Of a stretch of 64,000 nt of DNA, positions 1 through 12,219 are shown piece by piece (position 1 is the stretch's first letter; every line of letters starts with the position of its first letter). The stretch spans positions 15,611 through 79,610 of the forward strand of contig MCFE01000413.1 in assembly GCA_002104905.1 (NCBI GenBank), in the 5' to 3' direction. Under the pieces are notes generated by a model that did no database searches, had not been told where the DNA came from, and saw only the letters and a program-made list of their open reading frames with translations. The translations under genes were made by a program, and so were the position numbers. Source of the stretch: Basidiobolus meristosporus CBS 931.73 (taxonomy: Eukaryota > Fungi > Basidiobolomycota).

Positions 1-239
1 GTAAAGCAAAAACTGGCACCACTTATGTCAAAGAAATAATGGAAACTTTATCAAAGGATGACTTCACTATCTAGACCACTCTGCCTTTGGCTTGTGTCAT
101 GCCACTATTACATTTCAGAGGATGGTCAATAATGTGTTAGAAATATGCAATGGCAATGCTCTCTTGTGTATGAGGATTAAATGACATTATCCCTAACCAC
201 TCATATCCATCAGGTTATCATGCACCCCTCTCTCTTCCA

Positions 240-1035
240 TGCCTGTACCAACATCCTACAGAATATTTTGACAAATATGGTGTCAATGCTAACATCTCCC
301 ACTCCCACACTTATGTCTTGCAAAGATTCAAATCTAAGCTCAAGGAAAAATTTGGTCATGACATAAAACTTAACCCCCTAAAATTCACCCCCATGATGCA
401 ATTGCTCAACGTATAACTTGGAAAGGACATCACATGCACCACAACAGCCAACTTGTCTGCAAACTCCCCCTTATTAACCACAGAGGATACTACTTCATTG
501 ATGGCATTGAACATGTACCTTTAATTCAAAAATTATGCAACATTGTTGTCCCTTACATCTCCGCTGCTGATAATGCTGTCTCCTGCAAAAACAGCTTCAG
601 GGGCTCCCTTCTCCCATTATGTGCTTGCATTGAAAATTCCATTGACCTTTATCTAGACATCTCCTCTACCCATAAGGATCTTTATGGTTTTAAGTGCTTG
701 TCAATCTATTGGATCCTGAATAATCTTGATTTTGACTTCAATAAAATTTACAAAATACTTGCCCTCCTTGTTGCCAACCATTTTCATGTAAATACTTTCT
801 CCACCATCTTCATGGCCTCCATGATCAACTCTGAAAACATCATCTCCCCCAAAGATCTACACATTGTAGAATCCAAATATTTCCCCATGCAAGCTAAATA
901 TAGCATTGTCAATACCCTTGGCCTGTTATCTTAACTTGCCCTTATGACCTCTATGGATCTTCTCCAACCCATGGATTGTGATGATTATGGAAACAAACTT
1001 GGCAAATCTTCCAACATCCTTTGAGACCAAATCTT
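240..1035 (+). pseudogene. RNA polymerase second-largest (beta/Rpb2-like) subunit, N-terminal fragment; divergent, probably viral or virus-like element origin
   Basis: Translated across frameshifts: PHDAIAQRITWKG (cf. Rpb2 P.EAR.R.LTY), CKLPLINHRGYYFIDGIEHVPLIQK (cf. G.IP.M...G.F.I.G.E.V...Q), MDCDDYGNKLG (cf. DD.D.YGNKR). Ends at the ATCTT TSD (1031-1035) of the Copia insertion. Start codon not resolvable. Confidence 0.8.
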
Positions 1036-1175
1036 TGTCAAAATATTGGACTATTTGGTATCATTCTGTAGCTGAAAATTTACTTAACAATTCTGGATTA
1101 GTCTTGGTCACTGTGAGACTAATTTACAGCTCTAACTTTGCCACTCTCTTCAGATCTATGAACTTATGATTATTC

Positions 1176-4100
1176 TGTTGCAATTTAAGAAGTGATTTGG
1201 ATATATAAGAACTTATCAAGAAATAGTGATAATAGTTGAACTGTTGTTTATTCATAAAAAAGCTCAGTATTTATACCTTTGTAGAAGTTATAGAGCTGCA
1301 ACACTAAGTAGGGAGGGTTTCTCAATATTCAGGAGCATTCTGTAACAGTTTCAGGGTTAGTACATAATGTTTGGTAATAGTGCTAATTTGATCCTGACTA
1401 TAGGGGAATAATAATAAGATCATATATCTGGAGAAAGTGGCAAAGTTAAGGCAGTAAATGAGTCCTAAAGTGACTAAGACTAGCCTAGAATTGTTAAGTA
1501 AATTTTTAGCTGCTGAATGATACCAAATAGTCCAATATTTCAACACTCCCCCTCAACTAAATAATTTCTTAATCCCATTTTCTCTCTAAGAATCTCAAAC
1601 TGTGGCCTAGCTAGTGGTTTTGTCAATATGTCTGCCACCATTTTGTCAGTTGGGCAGTAAACCAGCTCTACTAAGTTATTTTCTACAGCTTCCCTCACAA
1701 AGTGATGCTGTATATGAATGTGCTTAGTTCTGGCATGATTAGTAGGATTTCTAGCTAATGAAATACAACTTTGATTATCCTTGTAAATACATGTTGATTC
1801 ACCTGAATTAAAACCTAAATCTTTGAATAATTTTCGTAGCCATAAAGCCTCCTTAGTTGCTTGACATGCAGCCATATATTTGGCATCAGTTGTAGATAGT
1901 GCCACAGTTGGTTGTTTCTTGCAATTCCAAGTAATAGCTGCACCAGCATAAAGAAATACATAGCCTGTGGTAGAGCGTCTGTCAATCAGATCCCTACCCC
2001 AATCTGAATCACTATGACCATCAAATTTTTGCCTATTAGCTGCTCCAGAGTATTCCAGTACCATATTTATGGTACCTTGTAGATATCTGAAAATCCGCTT
2101 AACTGCTGCAATTAGATCTGATCCATAATTCTGCATGAATTGACTGACTATTCCAACTGCTACTGCAATATCTGGACATGTAGACACCATCAAGTATATT
2201 AGGCTACCAACCATTGATTGATAGGGAAAGTTTGGTCCATATTTGAGCCGTTTTCATCTATAACTGGCTGAGATTTGCTTAATTTCAGGGTATTGTCCTT
2301 AGGGGTTGCTGCAGGCTTGCAATTTTCCATTTTGAAGCATCTAACAATGTCCCTGATGTACTTAGACTGATTCAGCACAATTTTCTGCGTAGGTATGTCA
2401 AATTTGACCTCAATTCCAAGAAAATAGCTCAATTTTCCAAGATCTTTCATCTCAAACTTGCTGAAGAGATCTGATTTCGTCTGTTTAAGTGCCTCTTGAT
2501 CACTTGTAGCTATACTTAGGTTGTCCACATAAAGAACTAGGATGATCGCACCCTTTTTGAGCTGTTTCACATATATACTGTGATCTGCAGTGCTGTGAGA
2601 GACCCCAATTTCCTCTAGATATGTGTCAATATTGTTATACCATGCTCTGGGTGCCTGCTTAAGCCCATACAATGATTTTCTAAGTTTGTACCCCTTATGG
2701 GGGTCTTTTGGATTGGTAAAGCCATCTGGTTGCTCCATATATATAGTTTCTTGCAAATCCCCATTTAGAAAGGCTGTTTTAACGTCCATTTGGTGTAGAT
2801 CTAGACTGTGTACAGCTGCCAGGGCTAGAACTGTCATAATAGAGTTAAATTTGGCAACCGGAGCAAATGTTTCCTTAAAGTCTAGTCCCTGGATCTGGAA
2901 ATAGCCTTTAGCTACTAATCTAGCCTTTTACTTATCAACGGCACCATTTGAGGTTATCTTGATCTTGTAGACCCATCTACATCCTATTGGCTTTCTCCCA
3001 TTTGGTAAATCTACCAGTTCCCACGTTTTTGCCTTGATCAGTGATTGGTACTCCTCCTGCATGGCTTGTTGCCTCTTAGTAGCATCTGGACCTTGCATTG
3101 CCTGTTCCAAATTCTGAGGTTTGGCACATAAGGCAAGATAAGCCTCTTCATGATCATTAGATGTCTGCCACCAGGATCCAGGGGCATTTCTTATTCTGGT
3201 AGATCTCCTAACTGGGATAATCTGTTCTGATCTGGAACTGGTAGAAGTATCTTCCATCTCAGGCTGGATTTGGTACGTATCTTCTTCATTTGTGTTGATT
3301 GCATCATCAGGCAGCTGGCCAATGATTTCTGTGGCTTTCTGATCTGAATTCTCCTCAAATACAACGTCCCTGCTCTTGATCAGCTTCTGAATTTTGCCAT
3401 CATACACTCTATACCCTTTAGTATCTTCACAATACCCAAGAAAGATCCCTTTTCTACTCTTTGGTTCCAACTTTGAGTGTTTTTTGTCAGGGATGTGATA
3501 AAAAACATCACTGCCAAAGATCCTGAGGTGCCGGAGATCTGGCTTTTTGCCTGTATATGCTTCAAAGGGTGTAGAATCATGTAGTGCTGTTGTTGGGCAT
3601 CTGTTCATGATGTATACAGCAGTAGCAACAGATTCAGCCCAAAACTTGTAGTCCATTCCCTTATCATGTAGCATAGATCTTCCCATCTCTACAATTGTCC
3701 TATTTGCACGTTCTGCTACTCCATTTTGCTGTGGAGTATAAGAACTGTGGTCTACTGAAGTATACCAGTAGACAAGCAGTACTTTGCAAATTCCTTTGAG
3801 AAGTATTCTCCTCCATTGTCACTTTGTAGTACCTTCAATTTACACCCAGTTTGTGTTTCTGCCATGTTCTTGAAGTGCTTGAACATCTCTAAAGCTTCAT
3901 CCTTTGTTTTGAGGAAGTACACCCATGTATATCTTGTCTTGTCATCAATAAACGTCATAAAGTATCTCTTGGCTCCAAAGGACAGTATTCTCATGGGGCC
4001 ACATATGTCTGAGTGTAAAATAGCCAATATTTCGGTGGTATTGATGCCTTCTGAGCTCTTGAAACGTTGCCTAGCTTGTTTGCCATATGAACATCCCTTA

Positions 4101-5861
4101 CAAACATTCAATTTGATCAGAATTGAGTATTTTAGGCCCAAAACAAGCTAATTTTTCACCAATTGGCTCATTTTCTGTTCCCCTATGTGTCCTAGCCTCC
4201 TATGCCACGTCTCCCAGTTAGTTTCATCAGTTTCAGCAATGTAGACATACTCAAGCACAATGATCTTGCATTGTAACTTGTATATATTGTGATCTCTGAT
4301 TCCCAAAGCTAATTTTTGTCCATTTTCACTCAATATTGAGCAGCTCAGCTTAGTAAAAGCAAATTTCAGTCCATGAGTAGTTGCTTTACTGACTGAGAGT
4401 AGGTTCTTAGCTATTCCAGGTACATAGAGTACGTCAGTCAGTTTTGCTGTTGTTGCCCCTGAGTTATCACTCATATTTAGTTGTATAGACCCACTGGCGG
4501 GAGCTTCCAATGCAGAGCTATCTCCCAGATAAACCTTTCTTACAGGAATAGTCTTTAAGTTGCTGAACCAATCCTTTATACCACAAATATACTGTGATGC
4601 TCCAGAGTCAATATACCAATCATTACTTCGGTTACTTGCACTCTCTTGTACAGTGACAAATAGCTGTTCATCAGTAGTTATATGGTTTGCCTGCTCTAGT
4701 TTCTATTTTTTGTCTGCTTGTTTCTTCTTGCATTCTCTTGCCCAGTGTCCTGGCTTCTTACAGTAGTTACAGCAGCCAGGTTTTCTTTGGTTTTGTTGCT
4801 TTCCCTTCTTTTCTGTATGCCTTTCTGAACTGAATAAAGTATTATCTTCAATTTTCTCTGCTTGATCATTACGTCTGAGTTCTTCATGGAGGAGCCTTCC
4901 TTTGACATAGTCTAAAGTCAGGTTGTCTTCTCTGCTTTCAAAAGAAAGTATGAGTGGCTCATACTTGTCTGGTAGGCTGCAAAGCAGACAGAGTATCTTT
5001 TCTTCATCATCTACACTACCATTAATACTGTAAAGTTCTTCTGCAAGTGTCTCCATTCTGGTAATGAGTTGTAGAATGTCATCATCTGGCTTTTTTCTCA
5101 TGTTGAAGAACTTTTGTTTCAAATAAAGCTTGCTTGACACTGACTTTGCTCTAAAGATCTTCTCTAAGGATTCCCATGCTGCTTTGGCAGTATTTGAGGC
5201 ATGGATTTGTCCAATGAAGGAGTCTTGCACATTGATGCATATTGCATTGAAGGCCTTTCTCTCCTTCTCTTGAAACTTCTCCACATCTTCTGCTGTTCCT
5301 TTGGGCTCAACTTTCTTTCCTGTTACTATGTTCCAAAGCTTTCTTTCCTCAAGGTGGATCTGCATCTTGAATTCTCCAAAGTCTGTAGTTCTTCCCATCA
5401 AACCTCTCCTTTACAGGGAAGATGTTGGTATTGCTTTGTTTGCTGGTAGAAGTCATCTTTCGAATAGATTAAGGCAATTGGGGCTCATAACCTGTTGCAA
5501 TTCAAGAAGTGATTTGGATATAAAGAACTTATCAAGAAATAGTGATAATAGTTAAACTGTGGTTTATTCATAAAGAAGCTCAGTATTTATTCCTTTGTAG
5601 AAGTTATAGAGCTGCAACACTAAGTAGGGAGGGTTTCTCAATATTCAGGAGCATTCTGTAACAGTTTCAGGGTTAGTACGTAATGTTTGGTAATAGTGCT
5701 AATTTGATCCTGACTATAGGGGAATAATCATAAGATCATGTATCTGGAGAAAGTGGCAAAGTTAAGGCAGTAAATGAGTCCTAAAGTGACTAAGACTAGC
5801 CTAGAATTGCTAAGTAAATTTTTAGCTGCTGAATGATACCAAATAGTCCAATATTTCAACA
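1176..5861 (-). mobile_element. Ty1/Copia LTR retrotransposon (inner element, same family), inserted in the 5' LTR of the outer copy
   Basis: LTRs 1176-1545 and 5493-5861 (about 10 differences in about 370 bp by eye); TG...CA ends; PBS GGTTATGAGCCCC; PPT; TSD TATTC at 1171-1175 and 5862-5866. Confidence 0.95.
1546..5401 (-). pseudogene. Copia gag-pol polyprotein (gag, CCHC knuckle, protease, integrase, RT, RNase H), frameshifted
   Basis: ORF fragments 4703-5401 (gag, CNYCKKPGHWAREC), 3752-4141 (HSDICGP, SDNGGEY), 2199-2837 (QMDVKTAFLNG, LYGLKQAPRAW, YVDN), 1540-2214 (DSDWG, RTKHI). IN-before-RT order is diagnostic of Copia. Confidence 0.93.
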
Positions 5862-8800
5862 TATTCCCCTATAGTCAGGATCAAATTTGCACTATTACCA
5901 AACATTATGTACTAACCCTGAAACTGTTACAAAATGCTCCTGAATATTGAGAAACCCTTCTTACTTAGTGTTACAGCTGTATTACTACTACAAAGGTATA
6001 AATACTGTGCTTCTTTACTAATAAACTACAGCTCAACTACTATCACTATTTCTTGATAAGTTCCTTATATCCAAATCACTACTTAGATTGCAGTAGGTTA
6101 TGCGCCCCAAATGCCTTAATCTATTCTAAAGATGACTTCTACCAGTAAACAGAACAACACAAACATCTTCCCTGTAAAGGAGAGGTCTGATGGAAAGAAC
6201 TACAGACTTTGGAGAATTAAGATGCAGATCCACCTTGAGGAAAGGAAGCTTTGGAATATAGTAACAGGAAAAGAAGTTAAGCCCAAAGGAAAAGCAGAAG
6301 AAGTGGAGAAGTTTCAAGAGGAGAGAAAGGCCTTTAATGCCATATGTATCAATGTGCAAGATTTCTACATTGGTCAAATCCATGCTTCAAATACTGCCAA
6401 AGCAGCATGGGAATCCTTAGTGAAGATCTTTAGAGCAAAGTCAGTATCAAGCAAGCTTTATTTAAAACAAAAGTTCTTCAACATGAGGAAGAAGCCAGAT
6501 GATGACATGCTGCTACTTGTTACCAAAATGGAGACACTTGCAGAAGAACTTTACAGTTTTAATGCTGGTGTAGGTGATAAAGAAAAGATACTCTGTCTGC
6601 TTTGCAGCCTACCAGAAATTGAATGCAGAGAAGACAATTTCACTTTAGACTATGTCAAAGGAAGACTTCTCCATGAAAAACTCCGACATAATGATCAAGC
6701 AGAAAAAACTGAAGATAATGCTTTATTTGGTTCAGTGTGGCACACAGAAAAGAAGGGAAAGCAACAAAACCAAAGAAGCCTGGTTGCTGCAACTATTGTA
6801 AAAGGCCAGGACACTGGGCAAGAGAATGCAAGAAGAAACAAGCAGGCAAAAAACAGAAACTAGAGCAGGCACACCATATAACTGCCGATGAACAGCCACT
6901 TGTAATTGTACAAGAGAGTGCAAGTAACCAAAGTAATGAATGATATATTGACTCTGGTGCATCACAGCATATTTGTGGTATAAAGGAGTGGTTCAGCAAC
7001 TTAAGCACTATTCCTTTAAGAAAGGTTTCTCTGGGATATAACTCTGCTCTGGAAGCTACCACAAGTGGGTCTATACAACTAAATATGAGCAATAGCTCAG
7101 GGGCAACAACAGCAAGACTCACTGACGTACTCTATGTGCCTAGAATAGCTAAGAACCTACTCTCAGTCAGTAAAGCAACTGCTCAGGGACTAAAATTTGT
7201 TTTTACTAGGAAGAGCTGCTCAATAGTGAGTGAGAATGGACAAAAACTAGCTTTGGGAATCAAAGATCATAATATATACAGGTTACAATGCAAGATCATT
7301 GTACCTGGGTATGTCAAAACTGCTGAAACTGATGAAACCAACTGGGAGACGTGGCATAGGAGGCTAGGAAAAATTGGGGAACAGAAAATGAGCAAATTAG
7401 TGAAAAATCAGCTTGTTTTGGGCCTATAGTACTCAATTCTAATCAAATTGAATGTTTGTAAGGGATGTTCGTATGGAAAACAAGTTAGGCAACATTTAAA
7501 AAGCTCAGAAGGCTGCAATACCACCAAAATATTGGCAATGGTACACTTAGAGATACTTTATGACGTTTATTGATGACAAGACAAGATATACATGGGTGTA
7601 CTTCCTCAAAACAAAGGATGAAGCTTTAGAGATGTTCAAGCACTTCAAGAACACGGCAGAAACACAAACTGGGTGTAAATTGAAGGTACTACAAAGTGAC
7701 AATGGGGGAGAATACTGCTCAGAGGAGTTTGCAAAAAACTGCTTGTCTACTGGTATACTTCAGTCAACCACAGTTCTTATACTCCACAGCAAAATGGATT
7801 AGCAGAACATTCAAATAGAACAATAGTAGAGATGGAAAGATATATGCTACATGATAAGGGAATGGACTACAAGTTTTGGGCTGAATCTGTTGCTACCTCA
7901 GTATGCATTAAGAACACATACCCAGCACTATGTGATTCTACACCCTTTGAAGCATATACAGGCAAAAAACCAGATCTCCAGCACCTCAGGATTATCCCAG
8001 TTAGGAGATTCACCAGAATAAGAAATGCCCCTGGATCCTGGTGGCAGTCATCTAATGATCATGACAAAGCTTGTTTTGTCTTATGTGCTGAACCTCAGAA
8101 TCTGGAACAGGCAACGCAAAGTCCACATGCTACTATGTGGCAACAAGCCATGCAGGAGGAGTACCAATCACTGATCAAGACAAAAATGTGGGAACTGGTA
8201 GATATACCAAATGGGAGAAAGCCAATAGAATGTAGATGGTTCTACAAGATCGAGATAACCTCAAATGGTGCCATTAATAAGTACAAGGCTAGATTGATGG
8301 CTAAAGGCTACTCCCAGCTTCAGGGACTAGATTTTAAGGAAACATTTGCCCCAGTTGCCAAATTTAACTCCATTAGGGCAGTTCTAGCCCTGTCAGCTGT
8401 ACACAGTTTAGATCTACACCAAATGGGCATCAGAAGAGCCTTTCTAAATGGGGATTTGCAAGAAACTATATATATGGAGCAACCAGATGGCTTTACCAAT
8501 CCAAAAGACCCCCATAAGGGGTACAAACTTAGAAAATTGTTGTATGGGCTTGAGCAGGCACCTAGAGCATGGTATAACAAGATTGACATATATCCAGAGG
8601 AAACTGGGTACTCTTGTAGCACTGCAGATCACATTATGTACATGAAACAGCTCAAAAAGGGTGTGATCATCATAGTTCTTTACGTGGACAACCTAGTTAT
8701 AGCCACAAGTAACCAAGAGGCACTTAAACATATGGATCAGATCTCTTCAGCAAGTTTAAGATGAAAGATCTTGGAAAATTGAGCTATATTGTTGGAATTG

Positions 8801-10037
8801 AGGTCAAATTTGACATCCCTACACAGAATATTGTGCTAAATCAGTCCAACTACACCAGGGATACTAGAAGATGCTTTAAATGGATAATTGCAGACCTGCA
8901 GCTGCCCCTATGTACAATAACCTGAAGTTAAGCAAATCTCAGCCAGTTATAGATGAAAATGGCTCACATATGGACCAGAACTTTTCTAATCAATCAATTG
9001 TTGGTAGTCTTATGTACTTGACAGTGTCTACATGTCTAGATATTGCAGTGACTGTTGGAATAGACATTCAATTCATGCAGAATTATGGATCAGATCAAAT
9101 TGTAGTAGTTAAGTGGATTTTTGGATATCTACAAGATACCATAAATATGGTACTGGAATACTCTGGAGCAGCTAATAGGCAAAAATTGATGGTTGTAGTG
9201 ATTCAGATTGGGATAGGGATCTGATTGACTGACGCTCACTACAAGCTATGTATTTCTCTATGCTGGTGCAGCAATTACTTGGAATTGCAAGAAACAACCA
9301 ACTGTGGCCCTATCTACAACTGAAGCAGAATATATGGCTGCATGTAAAGCAACTAAGGAGGCTATATGGCTACAAAGATTACTCAAAGACTTAGATTTTA
9401 ATTCACATGAGCCAACATGTATTTACAAGGATAATCAAAGTTGTATTTCATTAGCTAGAAATCCTACTAACCATACCAGCACTAAGCACATTGATATACA
9501 GCATCACTTTGTGAGGGAAGCTGTAGAAAATATCTTAGTAGAGTTGGTGTGCTGCCCAACTAACAAAATGATGGCAGATATATTGACAAAGCCACTAGCT
9601 AGGACACTATTTGAGAATCTCAGGGAGGAATCAGGATTAAGAAATTATTTAGTTGAGGTGGAGTGTTGCAGTATTGGACTATTTGGTATCATTCTGCAGC
9701 TAAAAATTTACTTAACAATACTGGATTAGTCTTGGTCACTGTGACACTAATTTGTTGCTCTAACTTTGCCACTTTCTTCAGATTTATGATCTTATGATTA
9801 TTCCCCTATAGTCAGGATCAAATTAGCACTAATACTAACTATTATGTACTAACCCTGAAACTGCTACAAAATGCTCCTGAACTTTGAGAAACCCTCCTTA
9901 CTTAGTGTTACAGCTGTATTACTACTACAAAGGTATAAATACTGAGCTTCTTTACTAATAAACAACAGCTCAACTGCTATCACTATTTCTTGATAAATTC
10001 CTTATATGCAAATCACTTCCTGAATTGCAACAATCTT

Positions 10038-11819
10038 TTCTTGTGCCATCAAACTCTCTGGCATAAAAAGTTTTCTGCAAACTTTTTTGGAGGATATACT
10101 CTTTACCATGCTAAAGAAGGTCAACAAATTATAAACAACAAAATCAATCCCAAGATAGTTGACTTGGTCTTGTGCAAATCCACCATTGACAAGCTCTCCA
10201 TGGTTTGCAAAATTAATGTCCCCTGTGACAAAAATACTTCTAACATTCACATGCAAGCCATTCACCCCAGCCTGTTGGGTTACATCTGTCTCTGCAAAAC
10301 CCCTGAAGGCAAAATTGTTGTTATTATTTAACATCTTTCCCTCACTTGTTTGCTCCCACCATCTCCAATGAAAAATTTTGCAAAGCTCAAGCTTAACTAA
10401 AAAATAATTTATCCTTCAACAATTGTGACGTCAAACATCCTGTTCTCTTAGACAGGTACATCATTGGCTTTTATGGTAGCACCTTGGCACATCTTCAAAA
10501 AAAACTTAAACAAATTCATCCCATGAACTTTGTCCTCTATTACAAACCCATCCCCAGAATTATTTACATCAAAACTTCTTCTGACCAACTTATGAGACCA
10601 CCTTTTACACTCTCTGGCACACCAATAGATTGAAACAAGTTAAATTCTCTCTCCTGGGATTCTCTTTTAGAACCTGGTAAGATAGAACTTGTCAATCCTG
10701 GTGAACAATCCCAGATCACCCTGGGTGGCATTGGATATCATGGACACCATCATATGTATACTCACATGAAAATTCATCCCTGGGTAATGATGGGTATTCC
10801 TGCCTCTATGGTCCCCAATGGCAACCACAACCAGTCTGCATGTAATTTCTTTGCTTCTGCCATGATCAAACAAGGTATGCAACTACACTCCCCTCCTACT
10901 ATAGCTTCTGGAGATACAAACTTCTTGGAATCTGCCCAGGTGCCATTGGTCAATACATTTGCTTATAATCTATTAAAAATGGATAAACAACCCAACAGGG
11001 TTAAATTAGTTGTCATGATACAATCTTATACTGGATATAACCAAAATGATGGTGTTATTATTTCCAAACTGCCGTTGACCAAGGTTTGTTTCAATCTTTT
11101 ACCCAACATGTCAATGTTTGTGAACTTTTGGGTAACAAATCTGAAATCATTGTAACCAGGGAAATGTTTGATGAAACTAAATATGTAAATGGTGTTTCAA
11201 CAGTTGGTGGCATACTGGAAGATGGTGACTTATAACGTACCATAGTTGATGGAATTACCAAAAAAATTTGGGTTGTCAAATGTCATAAGGGTAAGGCCAC
11301 CAAGGTTTCACATCCTAAACACTTGCATATCAAGGTTATTTCAATTTTCATAAATACATTGAAGTTGGTGACAAAGTTGCTTCTAGACATGTGCAGAAAG
11401 GTGTTGTCACAATTACTCTACCACAGAAAGATTTGCCATATACAGAAGAAGGTATTGTGCCTGATATATTTATTAGTCCACATGCTATTCCTGGACATAT
11501 GACAATTGACCAACTTTTGGAAGGTTTTGGTTGGTAAAGATTGTTCTATACATGGATAGACAAAAGATGGAACACCATTTACAGCAGATGCATACAAATG
11601 TATGAAAGATATACAATGGGTCTTGTGAGCACTCTGTTGGAACTAGCTTGAACCCCTCCTCAAGATGTTCCATTCCACTTATACAGTGCTGTTATTCCTG
11701 AGCCACAAAATCTTAACACACAGGATATACCCATCCACTCAGTGTGTTTAAGACAGTTCTATTTGAGGCATTGCATGTTAATGAATATAGAGTTAGATGA
11801 TGACTATGTTTCAATGTAA
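10038..11819 (+). pseudogene. RNA polymerase second-largest (beta/Rpb2-like) subunit, central and C-terminal fragment
   Basis: Ordered Rpb2 motifs across stops and frameshifts: [147 protein letters not shown]. Continues part 1 in frame after removing 1036-10037 (...DQIF|SCAIK). Confidence 0.9.
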
Positions 11820-11845
11820 GCCCCTAATTCTCATCAATCTTGATA

Positions 11846-12210
11846 TGTTGCAATTTCAAAAGTGTTTTGGATATAAGGTACTTATCAGCAAGTAATGCTA
11901 ATAGTTGAGCTGTTATTAATTCATAAAATTCCTCAGTATTTATATCATTGTAAAAGTAATACATCTGTAACACTAACTTGGAAGAACTTCTTGATATTCA
12001 GAATCTTACTGTAAAAGTCTTAAGGTCAATACATGAAGCATGGTCAAAGTCCTACTTGATAATAACTGTAGGGGAATAATCATAGAACCATAGATCTGAG
12101 AAAGAGTGCCAAACTTAACAATGTAAACTAGTCCTGTAGTGACTGATACTAGTCTGGAATTGCTAAGTCAATTTATAGCTGCTGCACAACACCACATGAT
12201 CAGCATATTA
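11846..12210 (-). repeat. Solo LTR, Copia family A, diverged
   Basis: Begins TGTTGCAATTTC and is colinear with the LTR at 1176-1545. Right end eroded; no clear TSD. Confidence 0.8.
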
Positions 12211-12219
12211 CTTCAAACT

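Larger units (their letters stand above)
1036..10032 (+). mobile_element. Ty1/Copia LTR retrotransposon (outer element, LTR family A), degenerate
   Basis: 5' LTR 1036-1175 plus 5867-6095 (split by the inner element); PBS GGTTATGCGCCCC; gag-PR-IN-RT-RH remnants 6132-9660 (YRLWRIKM, CCNYCKRPGH, TFIDDKTRYTWV, YVDNL, TKHIDIQHHF); PPT AGTTGAGGTGGAG; 3' LTR 9664-10032; 5-bp TSD ATCTT at 1031-1035 and 10033-10037. Confidence 0.95.

Noticed and set aside
178-183. TAAATG, resembling the poxvirus late / linear-plasmid initiator, just upstream of the RNAP fossil
   Set aside because: The ATG is not in the frame that looks RNAP-like at 240-400, and a 6-mer in AT-rich decayed DNA is easily chance. Worth revisiting only if an intact copy is found.
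240-11819. Functional host RPB2/RPA2/RPC2 gene with a large intron
   Set aside because: Multiple stops and frameshifts, mutated invariant residues, AT-rich codon use unlike the host gene, and the gap is a TSD-bounded retrotransposon.
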